From NCBI GenBank assembly GCA_025454855.1, contig JALONS010000001.1:13306-77305 (forward strand): a stretch of DNA of 64,000 nt, read 5' to 3'. Positions 1 to 8,824 of this stretch are shown here, piece after piece; within the stretch, counting starts at the first letter, position 1, and each line of letters opens with the position of its first letter. Source of the stretch: Arcicella sp. (GTDB lineage Bacteria > Bacteroidota > Bacteroidia > Cytophagales > Spirosomataceae). Position numbers and translations under genes: made by a program. The notes below the pieces were generated by a model, which saw only the letters and a program-made list of their open reading frames with translations, did not search any database and was not told where the DNA came from.

Positions 1-263
1 AAATCAGAAGTATAGACATAGACCTTTCCACCAATTTTGAAAGTTCTAAACAACCCATCTCTTTTGAATTGTTCAAATTTAGACCTTGACCAGCCCAAAC
101 GAGAACAAACCTCAGAAGGTTGCAAGGTTTCAGGAATGGCAGCATGGATTCGAGATTCAGACTTAATGATGCTTTCTAATTTCAAGAATTTTTTCTCGAC
201 CTCATTCAAAATAAAACGTGTGTCTTCGCTTATTTGAGGATTTGGGGCTTGATTTTTTTGCAT
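1..263 (-). CDS. Excisionase-like helix-turn-helix protein (HTH_17/MerR-like), 3' end cut by the window edge
   Basis: Not in the ORF track. Translated by hand from ATG 263: MQKNQAPNPQISEDTRFILNEVEKKFLKLESIIKSESRIHAAIPETLQPSEVCSRLGWSRSKFEQFKRDGLFRTFKIGGKVYVYTSD..., an Xis-type HTH plus wing, lying downstream of an integrase. Confidence 0.7.
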   Translation of the reverse strand, partial: MQKNQAPNPQISEDTRFILNEVEKKFLKLESIIKSESRIHAAIPETLQPSEVCSRLGWSRSKFEQFKRDGLFRTFKIGGKVYVYTSD

Positions 264-305
264 AATGAATTATGTTATGAATTACTATGCAATACTACGA
301 AATAA

Positions 306-326
306 AAGTTGTAAGTAGTACAACTT
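306..326. promoter_or_regulatory. Palindrome upstream of the excisionase-like gene (candidate operator)
   Basis: AAGTTGTA-agtag-TACAACTT, perfect 8-5-8 inverted repeat. Confidence 0.4.
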
Positions 327-360
327 AATTAAAATATATTTTACGCTTTCCAATTTCAAT

Positions 361-401
361 AAAAATCCCCTCTATCTTTTGTTCAGATAGAGGGGGTTTT
401 T
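361..401 (-). terminator. Intrinsic terminator after the integrase/hypothetical unit
   Basis: CCCCTCTATCT-tttgttc-AGATAGAGGGG stem with A/T tracts on both sides. Confidence 0.75.
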
Positions 402-417
402 ATACACCTGTTTAATA

Positions 418-1338
418 CTAAACCAAAAAGAGTCGAGGAGTATTTGCAAGCTGTTTAATTTCAAATAATGTTTCTTTAATCTTTCTACCTGCTGTTGAGT
501 CATCTAATTGCTTCTCGAAATCAAGATAGAGTAAATCAACTATTGTTGCCCCTAATTTCCTGTAACTTCTTGAATGACTAACAAAGTGAAAGTAATACAT
601 ATTGAAGAACCATATTGAATTTGGGAAACACTTTTCAAATTCCTTCCAAACTGAATCTGTTTCTTTGAGAAATTGTATATACTGAAAAGCATTTAATTTA
701 TGTTTATGAAGACCAAACGTCTCGAAATCAAATTTTAAACCATGTGTTTCTGAAAATAAATAGATAGCATCAAATAGTCTGTCTTCTATAACAGATGATA
801 ATTCGTAATCAGAGAAGTTAAAATGCTTGAAAAGCAAGTTAATATCAAAATTCTGAATAACATTGCTAATCGCTTCTTCTTGAAATCTCTTATTTTCATC
901 CTCGCTTAAATTTTCTGGATGAATATTTGGGTTTATTTCTCTCTCTGCTGCAATTAAACTGAATTCAAAAAAATCACTAATCACGTGCGTCAAACTAAGA
1001 GCCTCTCTTGTCATTAAATCCCAATAAAAATTATCATTGTCTAAACTATGATTCATATCGCTAAATTTACCTTCTTCAAACTCTCGAACAGAAAATGCCT
1101 TATCAATAGAACTCTTAATTTTTACAGATTGCTTATTAAAAATAACTCGATAATAGAGTGGATAGAGAGGTTCTCCTTCATAATTTTCTCCAACAGGAAA
1201 TAAGTAAGTATTTAAGTAATGTTTAATAGAGATTTTTTTCTTGGTTTTATTTATCGTATTAACCAAATCATTACCCAGTAATACCTCAATCATAGGGACT
1301 TTATTGGCTGGGTTTAAATATTTTTTGTAGTCCTTCAT
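418..1338 (-). CDS. Hypothetical protein of the integrative element; N-terminus resembles integrase Arm-type DNA-binding domains
   Basis: ORF 418..1353; probable ATG at 1338 or 1293; segment KISIKHYLN...YPLYYRVIFNKQSVKIKS resembles the three-stranded Arm motif. Confidence 0.6.
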   Translation of the reverse strand: MKDYKKYLNPANKVPMIEVLLGNDLVNTINKTKKKISIKHYLNTYLFPVGENYEGEPLYPLYYRVIFNKQSVKIKSSIDKAFSVREFEEGKFSDMNHSLDNDNFYWDLMTREALSLTHVISDFFEFSLIAAEREINPNIHPENLSEDENKRFQEEAISNVIQNFDINLLFKHFNFSDYELSSVIEDRLFDAIYLFSETHGLKFDFETFGLHKHKLNAFQYIQFLKETDSVWKEFEKCFPNSIWFFNMYYFHFVSHSRSYRKLGATIVDLLYLDFEKQLDDSTAGRKIKETLFEIKQLANTPRLFLV

Positions 1339-2497
1339 TTTGTATTTGTTCAACTAAATGGACGTATTTATCGGTTTGGTCTCTTTTACTATGCTGTAAT
1401 TGTTTCTGGACGAGCTTATCGTCACCTGATAACATATAAAGCGTAGTCCCAAAGGTATCTCTTGAAGCCTTAAAATACAAACCTCGGTTTACCTTAGCCA
1501 TTTCAGCAATAACTTTTAAATACCGATTTACGGTTGAATTATTCATTTTGTTGAAAATTCTTTTATTCCCTTCTTGGGGCATATATTTTCGTATTATCGC
1601 CTGTGGTTTCCCATCAAATAATAAATATAGTGGTCTGCTTCCCAATTTCCCAGTCTTAATAGATTTAAAAGTCATTATCAACCCTTGCTTAGTTTCTTTA
1701 AATTTTTCAGGTTTTAGGGCATAACAATCTGAAAAACGTAAACCTGTATAGCAACCAAACAAAAACATATCACGAGCCTTCTCTAATTCTAAATAGTTCT
1801 TCATTGTTTCATCAAAAACTAAATTTTCAACTCTTTCTGTTTCTTCTGGTAAAAGGAAGATAGCATCTGTTTCCTCTGTTACTAATTTATAGTCTTTATA
1901 AGGATTTTTGTTATGAGGTAACAATTCGTCACGAATAGCCAAATTTATATATTTTCTAACTTGGCGGTGATACTTTTCAATAGTATTAACACGCAATTTC
2001 TTTACATTTCGCAAGAAAATTTCAAAATCTTGGAGCAAAGCACGATTCAAATCTTCAAATTGAATCACCTTTCTAAATTCGGTTAATTTAATTAAACAGT
2101 TTTTCTGATTAGTTAGCGTAACTTGTTTAAGTTTAGTCTCCTTTTCAAGTTGATTTTTAAAAAAATCAGTAAATGATACTTTAGTGGGTACAGGTTCAGC
2201 CTCCTGAATTTTAGGATTGAGAAATAGGTCAAAATCTGACAGTTGAAACTTCAGGTGTAATGCAGTGTATTCTACTTCAAATTTTTCAAACTCTGCAATA
2301 CGTTCTCTTAAAAGTTTGGCAGTGTAGGGGTCTTTTGGAGAGTTCTTTTTAATATCCCATTCTTTCTGACTGAGATAGAATTTAGTAGAGAAGTACCTAC
2401 GACTTCCATTAAGATAAACTTGAATTTGGACTAATCCAACACCTTTGGTTGAGACCTCATTTTTACGGTCAAAGAGTAAGCTGTATTTTACTTTCAT
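1301..2497 (-). CDS. Tyrosine recombinase/integrase (Arm domain, SAM-like domain, catalytic domain)
   Basis: 398 aa; VQIQVYLNGSRRYFST Arm motif, FLFGCYTGLRFSD, KT, KASRDTF, QH...KY. Confidence 0.93.
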   Translation of the reverse strand: MKVKYSLLFDRKNEVSTKGVGLVQIQVYLNGSRRYFSTKFYLSQKEWDIKKNSPKDPYTAKLLRERIAEFEKFEVEYTALHLKFQLSDFDLFLNPKIQEAEPVPTKVSFTDFFKNQLEKETKLKQVTLTNQKNCLIKLTEFRKVIQFEDLNRALLQDFEIFLRNVKKLRVNTIEKYHRQVRKYINLAIRDELLPHNKNPYKDYKLVTEETDAIFLLPEETERVENLVFDETMKNYLELEKARDMFLFGCYTGLRFSDCYALKPEKFKETKQGLIMTFKSIKTGKLGSRPLYLLFDGKPQAIIRKYMPQEGNKRIFNKMNNSTVNRYLKVIAEMAKVNRGLYFKASRDTFGTTLYMLSGDDKLVQKQLQHSKRDQTDKYVHLVEQIQNEGLQKIFKPSQ

Positions 2498-2555
2498 TTT
2501 GAAAATTGTTTAATTGATTGAGCAACAAACCTAATTCCAAAATGCGATATAAAAG

Positions 2556-2597
2556 CTGGTAGCAAACTGGTAGCAAAAAATCTGCTATATCTTGCTA
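2556..2597. repeat. Candidate integrase arm-type sites
   Basis: CTGGTAGCAAA twice in tandem (2556-2577), then inverted TGCTA/TTGCTA copies (2583-2597). Confidence 0.55.
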
Positions 2598-2649
2598 AAA
2601 CATACTAAACGAAACCCTCTTAGAACGTTCTAAAACGCCTTTAAACAGC

Positions 2650-2675
2650 AAAAGCACCCATTTCTGAGTGCTTTT
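2650..2675 (-). terminator. Terminator hairpin downstream of tRNA-Asp
   Basis: AAAAGCAC-N10-GTGCTTTT. Confidence 0.6.
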
Positions 2676-2677
2676 AG

Positions 2678-2751
2678 CGGTCTGGACGGGACTCGAACCC
2701 GCGACCCCATGCGTGACAGGCATGTATTCTAACCAACTGAACTACCAAACC
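2678..2751 (-). tRNA. tRNA-Asp (GTC)
   Basis: Reverse complement folds as a cloverleaf: GGTTTGG/CCAGACC acceptor, CATGC-CTGTCAC-GCATG anticodon arm, GGTTCGAGTCC T arm. Confidence 0.97.
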
Positions 2752-2818
2752 GTTTTACATTATCTCCTAAACGAGCAGTTTTTGAAAAATTCTGACTCGT
2801 TGTCGTTGAATTGTGATG

Positions 2819-2849
2819 CAAAATTAGTGGGATTTTCTCATAATGCAAT
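2819..2849 (-). promoter_or_regulatory. Bacteroidota housekeeping promoter for tRNA-Asp
   Basis: Minus strand ATTG-N19-TAATTTTG fits the -33 TTTG / -7 TAnnTTTG consensus. Confidence 0.6.
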
Positions 2850-2879
2850 ACCTTTGTTGAAAAAAATAAGAAAAAAATT

Positions 2880-3401
2880 ATGCAAAAACCTCTCGGAAAT
2901 GAATACCCTCAGAATAAATATTTTTCATACTACATAGAACAGGTTGATTATCAAAATGTTATCAAAGCACTTATGGTAAACAAAGATGTGGTAATAAATC
3001 TGTATAAAAGTTTGACGGAAGAGCAAAAAAACTTTCGATATGAGGTCGGGAAGTGGTCTCCCAAGGAAATTTTAGGACATTTAACTGATACTGAACGCAT
3101 TTTTGGTTATCGTGCTTTGTGCATCGCTCGGGGTGAGAAACAGTCGTTACCCAGTTTTGATGAAAATGATTATGCAAATGCCGCTCAATTTTCATTACAA
3201 AATTTTGAATCTTTGCTTGAGCAGTATCGTTTGGTTCGTGAAGGGTCTTTGGCTTTGTTTTCTACTTTTACTGATGAAGTGGCTTCGCAGATTGGAATGG
3301 CTAATGGTAATCCAGTTTCAGCCAAAGCGTTGATTTGGATGATTGCCGGACATGAAATCCATCATTTGAGGGTTTTGAAAGAAAGATATAATATTGGATA
3401 G
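2880..3401 (+). CDS. DinB family protein
   Basis: GKWSPKEILGHLTDTE...GHEIHH metal-binding His pattern. Confidence 0.85.
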   Translation: MQKPLGNEYPQNKYFSYYIEQVDYQNVIKALMVNKDVVINLYKSLTEEQKNFRYEVGKWSPKEILGHLTDTERIFGYRALCIARGEKQSLPSFDENDYANAAQFSLQNFESLLEQYRLVREGSLALFSTFTDEVASQIGMANGNPVSAKALIWMIAGHEIHHLRVLKERYNIG

Positions 3402-3404
3402 TTC

Positions 3405-3469
3405 ACGATTCTGGAGAATCATGGTACATTCATCAGATAATTGACGATTCTGGAGAATCGTGGTACATT
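3405..3469. repeat. Two direct copies of a 26-bp REP-like palindrome
   Basis: ACGATTCTGGAGAATC(A/G)TGGTACATT at 3405-3430 and 3444-3469; core ACGATTCT-gg-AGAATCGT. Confidence 0.75.
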
Positions 3470-3471
3470 TT

Positions 3472-4242
3472 ATGAAATTTTATAAATATCAAGGTACAGG
3501 AAATGATTTTGTGGTCGTTGATGACCGTTCTGGAAGTTTTCCTGTTTCTCAGCCATATATTGCTCATTTGTGTCATCGTCGTTTTGGTGTTGGGGCGGAT
3601 GGACTCATGCTTTTACAAAATGCCGAAGGTTATGATTTCCGCATGGTATATTTCAATGCTGACGGAACTGAGGGGTCTATGTGCGGGAATGGTGGGCGTT
3701 GTTTGGTACGTTTTGCCCATGATTTAGGAATTATCGGCAACGAAACTACTTTCATTGCCGTTGATGGCGAACACCAAGCAAAAGTTTCTCTTTCTCCTGA
3801 AGTGATTTCGTTGAAAATGATTGACGTGAATGAAATAGAAAAGAATGAGATTTATGATTTCATGAATACGGGGTCGCCTCATTACGTAGAATACGTAGAG
3901 GATTTGAAAAATATGGATGTCTATCAAAAAGGGAAAAATATTCGTTATAGTGAGCCATTTGTGAGTAGAGGAGGTACAAATGTTAATTTTGTGGAGGTAG
4001 TTGGAGACAATCAATTGGAAGTACGTACCTACGAGCGGGGCGTGGAAGATGAAACCTACGCCTGCGGAACGGGCGTTACGGCTTGTGCATTATCAGCAAA
4101 TTTACGGTATGGTTTTGAGGACTTTGTGAATATTAATGTGTTAGGAGGGCAGTTGAGAATTGAGTTCGACCGTACTGTAACTGGGTATGAAAATATCTTT
4201 TTAATTGGACCAGCGGTGCGGGTTTTTGAAGGAATGATTTAA
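3472..4242 (+). CDS. dapF: Diaminopimelate epimerase
   Basis: KYQGTGNDF, MCGNGGRC, ERGVEDETYACGTG motifs; ATG at 3472. Confidence 0.96.
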   Translation: MKFYKYQGTGNDFVVVDDRSGSFPVSQPYIAHLCHRRFGVGADGLMLLQNAEGYDFRMVYFNADGTEGSMCGNGGRCLVRFAHDLGIIGNETTFIAVDGEHQAKVSLSPEVISLKMIDVNEIEKNEIYDFMNTGSPHYVEYVEDLKNMDVYQKGKNIRYSEPFVSRGGTNVNFVEVVGDNQLEVRTYERGVEDETYACGTGVTACALSANLRYGFEDFVNINVLGGQLRIEFDRTVTGYENIFLIGPAVRVFEGMI

Positions 4243-4247
4243 ACTTA

Positions 4248-4364
4248 ATTTACAATTTACAATTTACAATGTTCAATATTGAATGTTCAAGTAAACAAAC
4301 TTTTCTAAATCACTTGAACATCTTTCATTGATTATTGAACATTGGGAATTTCAATATTTGATAT
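4248..4364. repeat. Inverted heptamer-repeat cassette (ATGTTCA/TGAACAT type)
   Basis: ATTTACA x3 ATGTTCA ATATTGA ATGTTCA AGT ... ACT TGAACAT ... TGATTAT TGAACAT. Confidence 0.7.
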
Positions 4365-4366
4365 TA

Positions 4367-5215
4367 ATGAAAATTACCGTTGTTGGTCTTGGGCTGATTG
4401 GTGGCTCAATGGCTTTGAGTTTGCAAGAAAATAGTTTTGCGGATACTATTATTGGGGTCGATAATAATTTGCATCACAGTACAAAAGCCATACAATTAGG
4501 ATTAGTAGATAGTATCATGTCTCTTGAAGAGGCAGTGGCAATTTCAGATATAATCATTGTAGCAACGCCCGTTAATACACTAACCTCTATTTTACCCCAA
4601 ATTTTAGACTTAATCACTGATAATCAAGTGGTTATAGAGGTAGGCTCTACGAAGAAACCTGTGATTGATGCTGTGACGAATCATCCGAAAAGGCAAAATT
4701 TTGTGGCTACTCACCCCATGGCAGGAACAGAGTTTTCAGGTCCTGAAGCAGCCATTAGGCATCTTTTTGATGGTAAAAACTGTGTTTTGTGTGATGTAGA
4801 GGCATCTAACCCAGCTTTGGTGGCGTTAGTCAAAAAGATGTACGAGGAAGGTTTGAAGATGCGTATCACATACCTTGATTCTACCGCTCATGATGTACAT
4901 ACCGCCTATATTTCTCATATTTCCCATATTTGTTCTTTTGCCTTGGCTTCTACGGTTTTGGCGAAAGAAAAAGATGAGGAAAGTATCTTTAATTTGGCAA
5001 GTTCGGGTTTTGAATCAACGGTTCGTTTGGCAAAGTCGAATCCAGAAACTTGGATTCCTATTTTTCAACAAAATCAAGATAACATCATTGATGTATTGGA
5101 TGAATATATTACTACATTATTGAAATTCAAAGGATTAATGATTTCTGATAATTACGATAAATTCAAAGAATATCTTACCCAAGCCAACGATATTAAACGA
5201 ATTTTGAACAAATAG
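4367..5215 (+). CDS. tyrA: Prephenate dehydrogenase
   Basis: GLGLIGGS Rossmann motif, VGSTK, HPMAGTE, HD..ISH; ATG at 4367. Confidence 0.92.
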   Translation: MKITVVGLGLIGGSMALSLQENSFADTIIGVDNNLHHSTKAIQLGLVDSIMSLEEAVAISDIIIVATPVNTLTSILPQILDLITDNQVVIEVGSTKKPVIDAVTNHPKRQNFVATHPMAGTEFSGPEAAIRHLFDGKNCVLCDVEASNPALVALVKKMYEEGLKMRITYLDSTAHDVHTAYISHISHICSFALASTVLAKEKDEESIFNLASSGFESTVRLAKSNPETWIPIFQQNQDNIIDVLDEYITTLLKFKGLMISDNYDKFKEYLTQANDIKRILNK

Positions 5216-5228
5216 TTTTTTGAAAATC

Positions 5229-5273
5229 AGAAAAATGGTATATTTCGGAAAGAATCTGAAAATACCATTTTCT
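5229..5273 (+). terminator. Terminator-like hairpin after tyrA
   Basis: AAAATGGTAT...ATACCATTTT stem. Confidence 0.55.
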
Positions 5274-5449
5274 ACATAAATAATACTCTACAAATTCTCT
5301 TCGATTATTACACTCCGCCATTTACGAACGCTCTTCTGCAAAATTTAATAAAAATTCTAAATTTTTTATAATTACATTAAACCATTATCAAAAGTATTGG
5401 TCTAAGCACAGGAAAACTCTTTTTTAACTTCTGAAATAATCAATAGCTT

Positions 5450-7012
5450 ATGGCACTGATTGACGCTTACACGCAGAATCTGACGGCTCGGCAAGTTACG
5501 CATTTATTGCGTCGAGCTGCCTTTGGAGCGACCCCATCACAAATCAAAGAATTTACGGGTAAAAAAGTAGAGGTTGTCTTGCAAAGATTGTTGGCACCCC
5601 AACCTGTACCTCCACATCCTACTGACGAGAATCAAAAAACTTCCCATGATTTAGTTTGGGGTGGCACGGGAACGAATGATACCGAACGAAATAACTTTGA
5701 TGGAGTCAGAAGAGCAAGATTGAAATATTGGTGGATTGGTTTAATGGTAAGCCAGCCCGTTTCTTTATTGGAAAAAACTACTTTGTTTTGGCAAAATCAT
5801 TTTGTTTCTACTTCAACATTGGTATCAGACGTGCGTTTTTTGTACCGTCAAAATCAGCTTTTACGCAAATATGCTTTAGGGAATTTCAGAGAATTTGTCA
5901 TTGAAATTACCAAAGACCCCGCTATGCTGCTGTACCTCAACGGAGCGAGTAACGTAGTGGGAAAACCCAATGAAAATTACGCTCGTGAATTGATGGAACT
6001 GTTTACTATCGGGCGTGGGAATTATACAGAAGACGATGTCAAAGCAGCAGCTCGGGTGCTAACTGGCTGGCGTTCATTGAATTACAGAAGCACTACGGTT
6101 GCTACGGCGGGTTTTGAATTTCGGTCTTCACAACACGATACGGCGGATAAAACTTTCTCCGACTTTTACCAAAAGAAAACTATTAAAGGTAGAGCAGGAG
6201 CCACTGCTGGTGACGATGAACTGAAAGAATTGGTTGATATGATTTTGGCACAACCAGAAACCGCTCGTTTTATCGTCCGTAAGTTTTACCGTTGGTATAT
6301 TCAAGCAGATATTTCACCCGTAATTGAGAAAGATTTTATTGAACCTTTGGCAGTCATTTTTAGAAAGAATTATGATGTCAAAGCCCTTTTGGAAGCTCTA
6401 TTTAAAAGTCAGCATTTCTTTGATGAGACTTTGTACGGTTCACAAATAAAATCACCGTTAGATTTGGTAGTAGGAACGTTGAGAACCTTCAATTATCAGC
6501 TTCCAGACCCTGTAAAAGACCGAACTAAATACGATGTGGCTACGAACTATTTTCATGCTCGTACTCGTGAACAACAAATGGATATCATTGACCAGCCTAC
6601 GGTCTTTGGCTGGCGACCTTACTATGACACTGATTTTTATGAGATTTGGATAAACTCTACTACGTTGGCTCTGCGTGGTGCTTGGACGGACTACGTAGTA
6701 AAAGGAGCAGCAGCCACTGCGGTTGATATCAATACGCTCGGATTGCCCATGCTGACCTCCGACCCTACCGAACCATACAAAATGGTGCGGGAATTAACAG
6801 ATTTATTGATGGAGTTCCCTCTGACGGAAGACCAAGTTACGTATTTGGTAGAACAGCCACTTATGGCAGGAGCTCCATACTACGAATGGACAGAAATTTG
6901 GAATGCTTACGTAAAAACGCCGAATGATAACATGAAAAAAGCGGCTGCAAAAACACGATTAGACCGCTTAATGACTTTTATAATGAGGTTAGCAGAATAC
7001 CAAATGGGATAA
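5450..7012 (+). CDS. DUF1800 family protein
   Basis: HLLRRAAFG, LFWQNHF, PNENYARELMELFTIG, AARVLTGW. Confidence 0.9.
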   Translation: MALIDAYTQNLTARQVTHLLRRAAFGATPSQIKEFTGKKVEVVLQRLLAPQPVPPHPTDENQKTSHDLVWGGTGTNDTERNNFDGVRRARLKYWWIGLMVSQPVSLLEKTTLFWQNHFVSTSTLVSDVRFLYRQNQLLRKYALGNFREFVIEITKDPAMLLYLNGASNVVGKPNENYARELMELFTIGRGNYTEDDVKAAARVLTGWRSLNYRSTTVATAGFEFRSSQHDTADKTFSDFYQKKTIKGRAGATAGDDELKELVDMILAQPETARFIVRKFYRWYIQADISPVIEKDFIEPLAVIFRKNYDVKALLEALFKSQHFFDETLYGSQIKSPLDLVVGTLRTFNYQLPDPVKDRTKYDVATNYFHARTREQQMDIIDQPTVFGWRPYYDTDFYEIWINSTTLALRGAWTDYVVKGAAATAVDINTLGLPMLTSDPTEPYKMVRELTDLLMEFPLTEDQVTYLVEQPLMAGAPYYEWTEIWNAYVKTPNDNMKKAAAKTRLDRLMTFIMRLAEYQMG

Positions 7013-7125
7013 TTTTCGGTGAACGGTTCAGGGTAAAAGGTGAACGGTCTTATTCTAAAATTATTTTTTCTTAATCAATTTCTTCTCAAATTAATTGTTT
7101 ACCGTGAATCCTTCACCGTAAACCG
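7013..7125. repeat. Inverted heptamer-repeat cassette (TGAACGG/CCGTTCA type)
   Basis: TGAACGG TTCAGGG TAAAAGG TGAACGG ... CCGTGAA T CCTTCA CCGTAAA CCG. Confidence 0.65.
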
Positions 7126-7134
7126 ATATAGATT

Positions 7135-8718
7135 ATGAAACGTAGAGATTTTATACAATATACTTCCGCTTCGTTCTTTTTACCATTGTTGTTAGATGGT
7201 TTTGGGGCGAAGGCTCATACCCAAGCTACTACGCCTTTTATGAAGGCAATGCTGGATGTAGCGGATGCCAATGATAATATTTTGGTAGTAGTTCAGTTGG
7301 CTGGTGGTAATGATGGTTTGAACATGGTTATCCCACTCGACCAATACAGTACTTACTCTTCAGCCAGTTTCAGAGGTAATATAGCCCTTTCAGAGAGTAA
7401 AATATTGAAACTAAAAGATAAACCAGAAACAGGACTGCACCCATCCATGAAGGGTTTTCAACGCCTTTATGATGAAGGGAAACTGTCTATTGTTCATTCG
7501 GCAGGCTATCCAAATCCGAGCTTTTCGCATTTCAGAGCCAGTGATATTTGGTTTACGGGGGTAGATTCTGACAAACTCTCTACTTCGGGATGGCTCGGAC
7601 GTTATGTTACTGACCGTTACCCTAATTTTCCTGATAATTATCCAAGTACTGCCAATCCAGACCCGCTGGCTATTCAAATTTCTTCTATTTCATCAACGGT
7701 TTTTAATACCGCATCTATTACCTCATCCATTGCTATTCAAGACCCTGATGCTTTTGCCAGAATTGTGGGTGAGAAACCAAACATCAGTCCAAGTCCATTA
7801 CCCAATACCGCTGGAGGTAGATATACGGCTTTTGTGCGTCAGCAACAAACGTCTTCTTTTGCCTACGCTGGTCAGTTGAAAACTGCTGCTGGGAAAGGGA
7901 AAAATTTAGTAACATATCCTACCAATAATAGCTTAGCTGACCAATTAAAAATTGTTTCCAGATTGATTCATGGTGGATTACAAACTAAAATTTACTACGT
8001 AACATTAGGAGGATTCGATACCCATTCAGACCAAGTAAGTGCCACTGATACCGCCACAGGGGCTCACGCTACCCTTATGCAACGACTCTCTGAGGGAATT
8101 ACCGCCTTCATGGATGATTTGAAAGCACAAGGCACACAAGATAAAGTAGTGGGTATGACTTTCTCGGAGTTTGGGCGTAGAGCCATCTCCAACGGCAGTA
8201 GAGGAACAGACCACGGCTGGGCATCGCCTCTTTTTGTATTTGGTAATGCCGTGAAAACGCAAATTATTGGTAAGAACCCTGATTTGAAGAGTTTGAAAGA
8301 TAACAATGTAACCCTTCAAACTGATTTCAGACAGGTATATGCAGCCATTTTGAAAGATTGGATGGGAGCCAGTGATGCGTCGGTTAAGGCAGTGCTTTTA
8401 GACCAAACTTTTACGCCATCACCCATTTTCAAAAATACTAAAGTACTGGCAAATGAACCAGATTCTGCTTTATCAGACCTTTCAGTTTATCCTAATCCCG
8501 CTCAGACCGAGACTATCGTTGAGTCAGAAGCCTTTACTAAAAATAATGTTGAATTGATGGTAACGGATACTTATGGACGAGCCTTTGACACCAATCCTAC
8601 CCGAGTTTCACGCACGCAAGTACGCCTCAACGTAGGGAATATGCCCACAGGAAAATACTTCATTAAAGTAGATACAGGAGCAGAACCATTAGTGAAGGCG
8701 TTGATGGTTTGGCGATAA
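7135..8718 (+). CDS. DUF1501 family protein with twin-arginine signal and T9SS type A C-terminal domain
   Basis: MKRRDFI; QLAGGNDGLN, SHFRA, GGFDTH, SEFGRR, GTDHG; C-terminal VYPNPA...GKYFIKV. Confidence 0.88.
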   Translation: MKRRDFIQYTSASFFLPLLLDGFGAKAHTQATTPFMKAMLDVADANDNILVVVQLAGGNDGLNMVIPLDQYSTYSSASFRGNIALSESKILKLKDKPETGLHPSMKGFQRLYDEGKLSIVHSAGYPNPSFSHFRASDIWFTGVDSDKLSTSGWLGRYVTDRYPNFPDNYPSTANPDPLAIQISSISSTVFNTASITSSIAIQDPDAFARIVGEKPNISPSPLPNTAGGRYTAFVRQQQTSSFAYAGQLKTAAGKGKNLVTYPTNNSLADQLKIVSRLIHGGLQTKIYYVTLGGFDTHSDQVSATDTATGAHATLMQRLSEGITAFMDDLKAQGTQDKVVGMTFSEFGRRAISNGSRGTDHGWASPLFVFGNAVKTQIIGKNPDLKSLKDNNVTLQTDFRQVYAAILKDWMGASDASVKAVLLDQTFTPSPIFKNTKVLANEPDSALSDLSVYPNPAQTETIVESEAFTKNNVELMVTDTYGRAFDTNPTRVSRTQVRLNVGNMPTGKYFIKVDTGAEPLVKALMVWR

Positions 8719-8761
8719 TAAAAGAGTCTAAGAAAAAAATAAAAACTTTTTCTCAAAACCA

Positions 8762-8793
8762 TTTGCAATTCAAAAAAGGTATTCCTAATTTTG
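8762..8793 (+). promoter_or_regulatory. Bacteroidota promoter for tRNA-Leu
   Basis: TTTG-N20-TAATTTTG. Confidence 0.7.
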
Positions 8794-8824
8794 CACTCCC
8801 AAAAGGGACAAATCCAATACGCAA

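Larger units (their letters stand above)
1..2677. mobile_element. End of an integrative element/genomic island inserted at tRNA-Asp; continues beyond the window start
   Basis: Integrase directly downstream of the tRNA 3' end, tandem arm-like repeats between them, Xis-like gene. Confidence 0.75.

Noticed and set aside
37-237. 66-aa plus-strand ORF
   Set aside because: Antisense to the more convincing Xis-like gene
2668-2937. 89-aa ORF
   Set aside because: Antisense shadow of tRNA-Asp and its promoter
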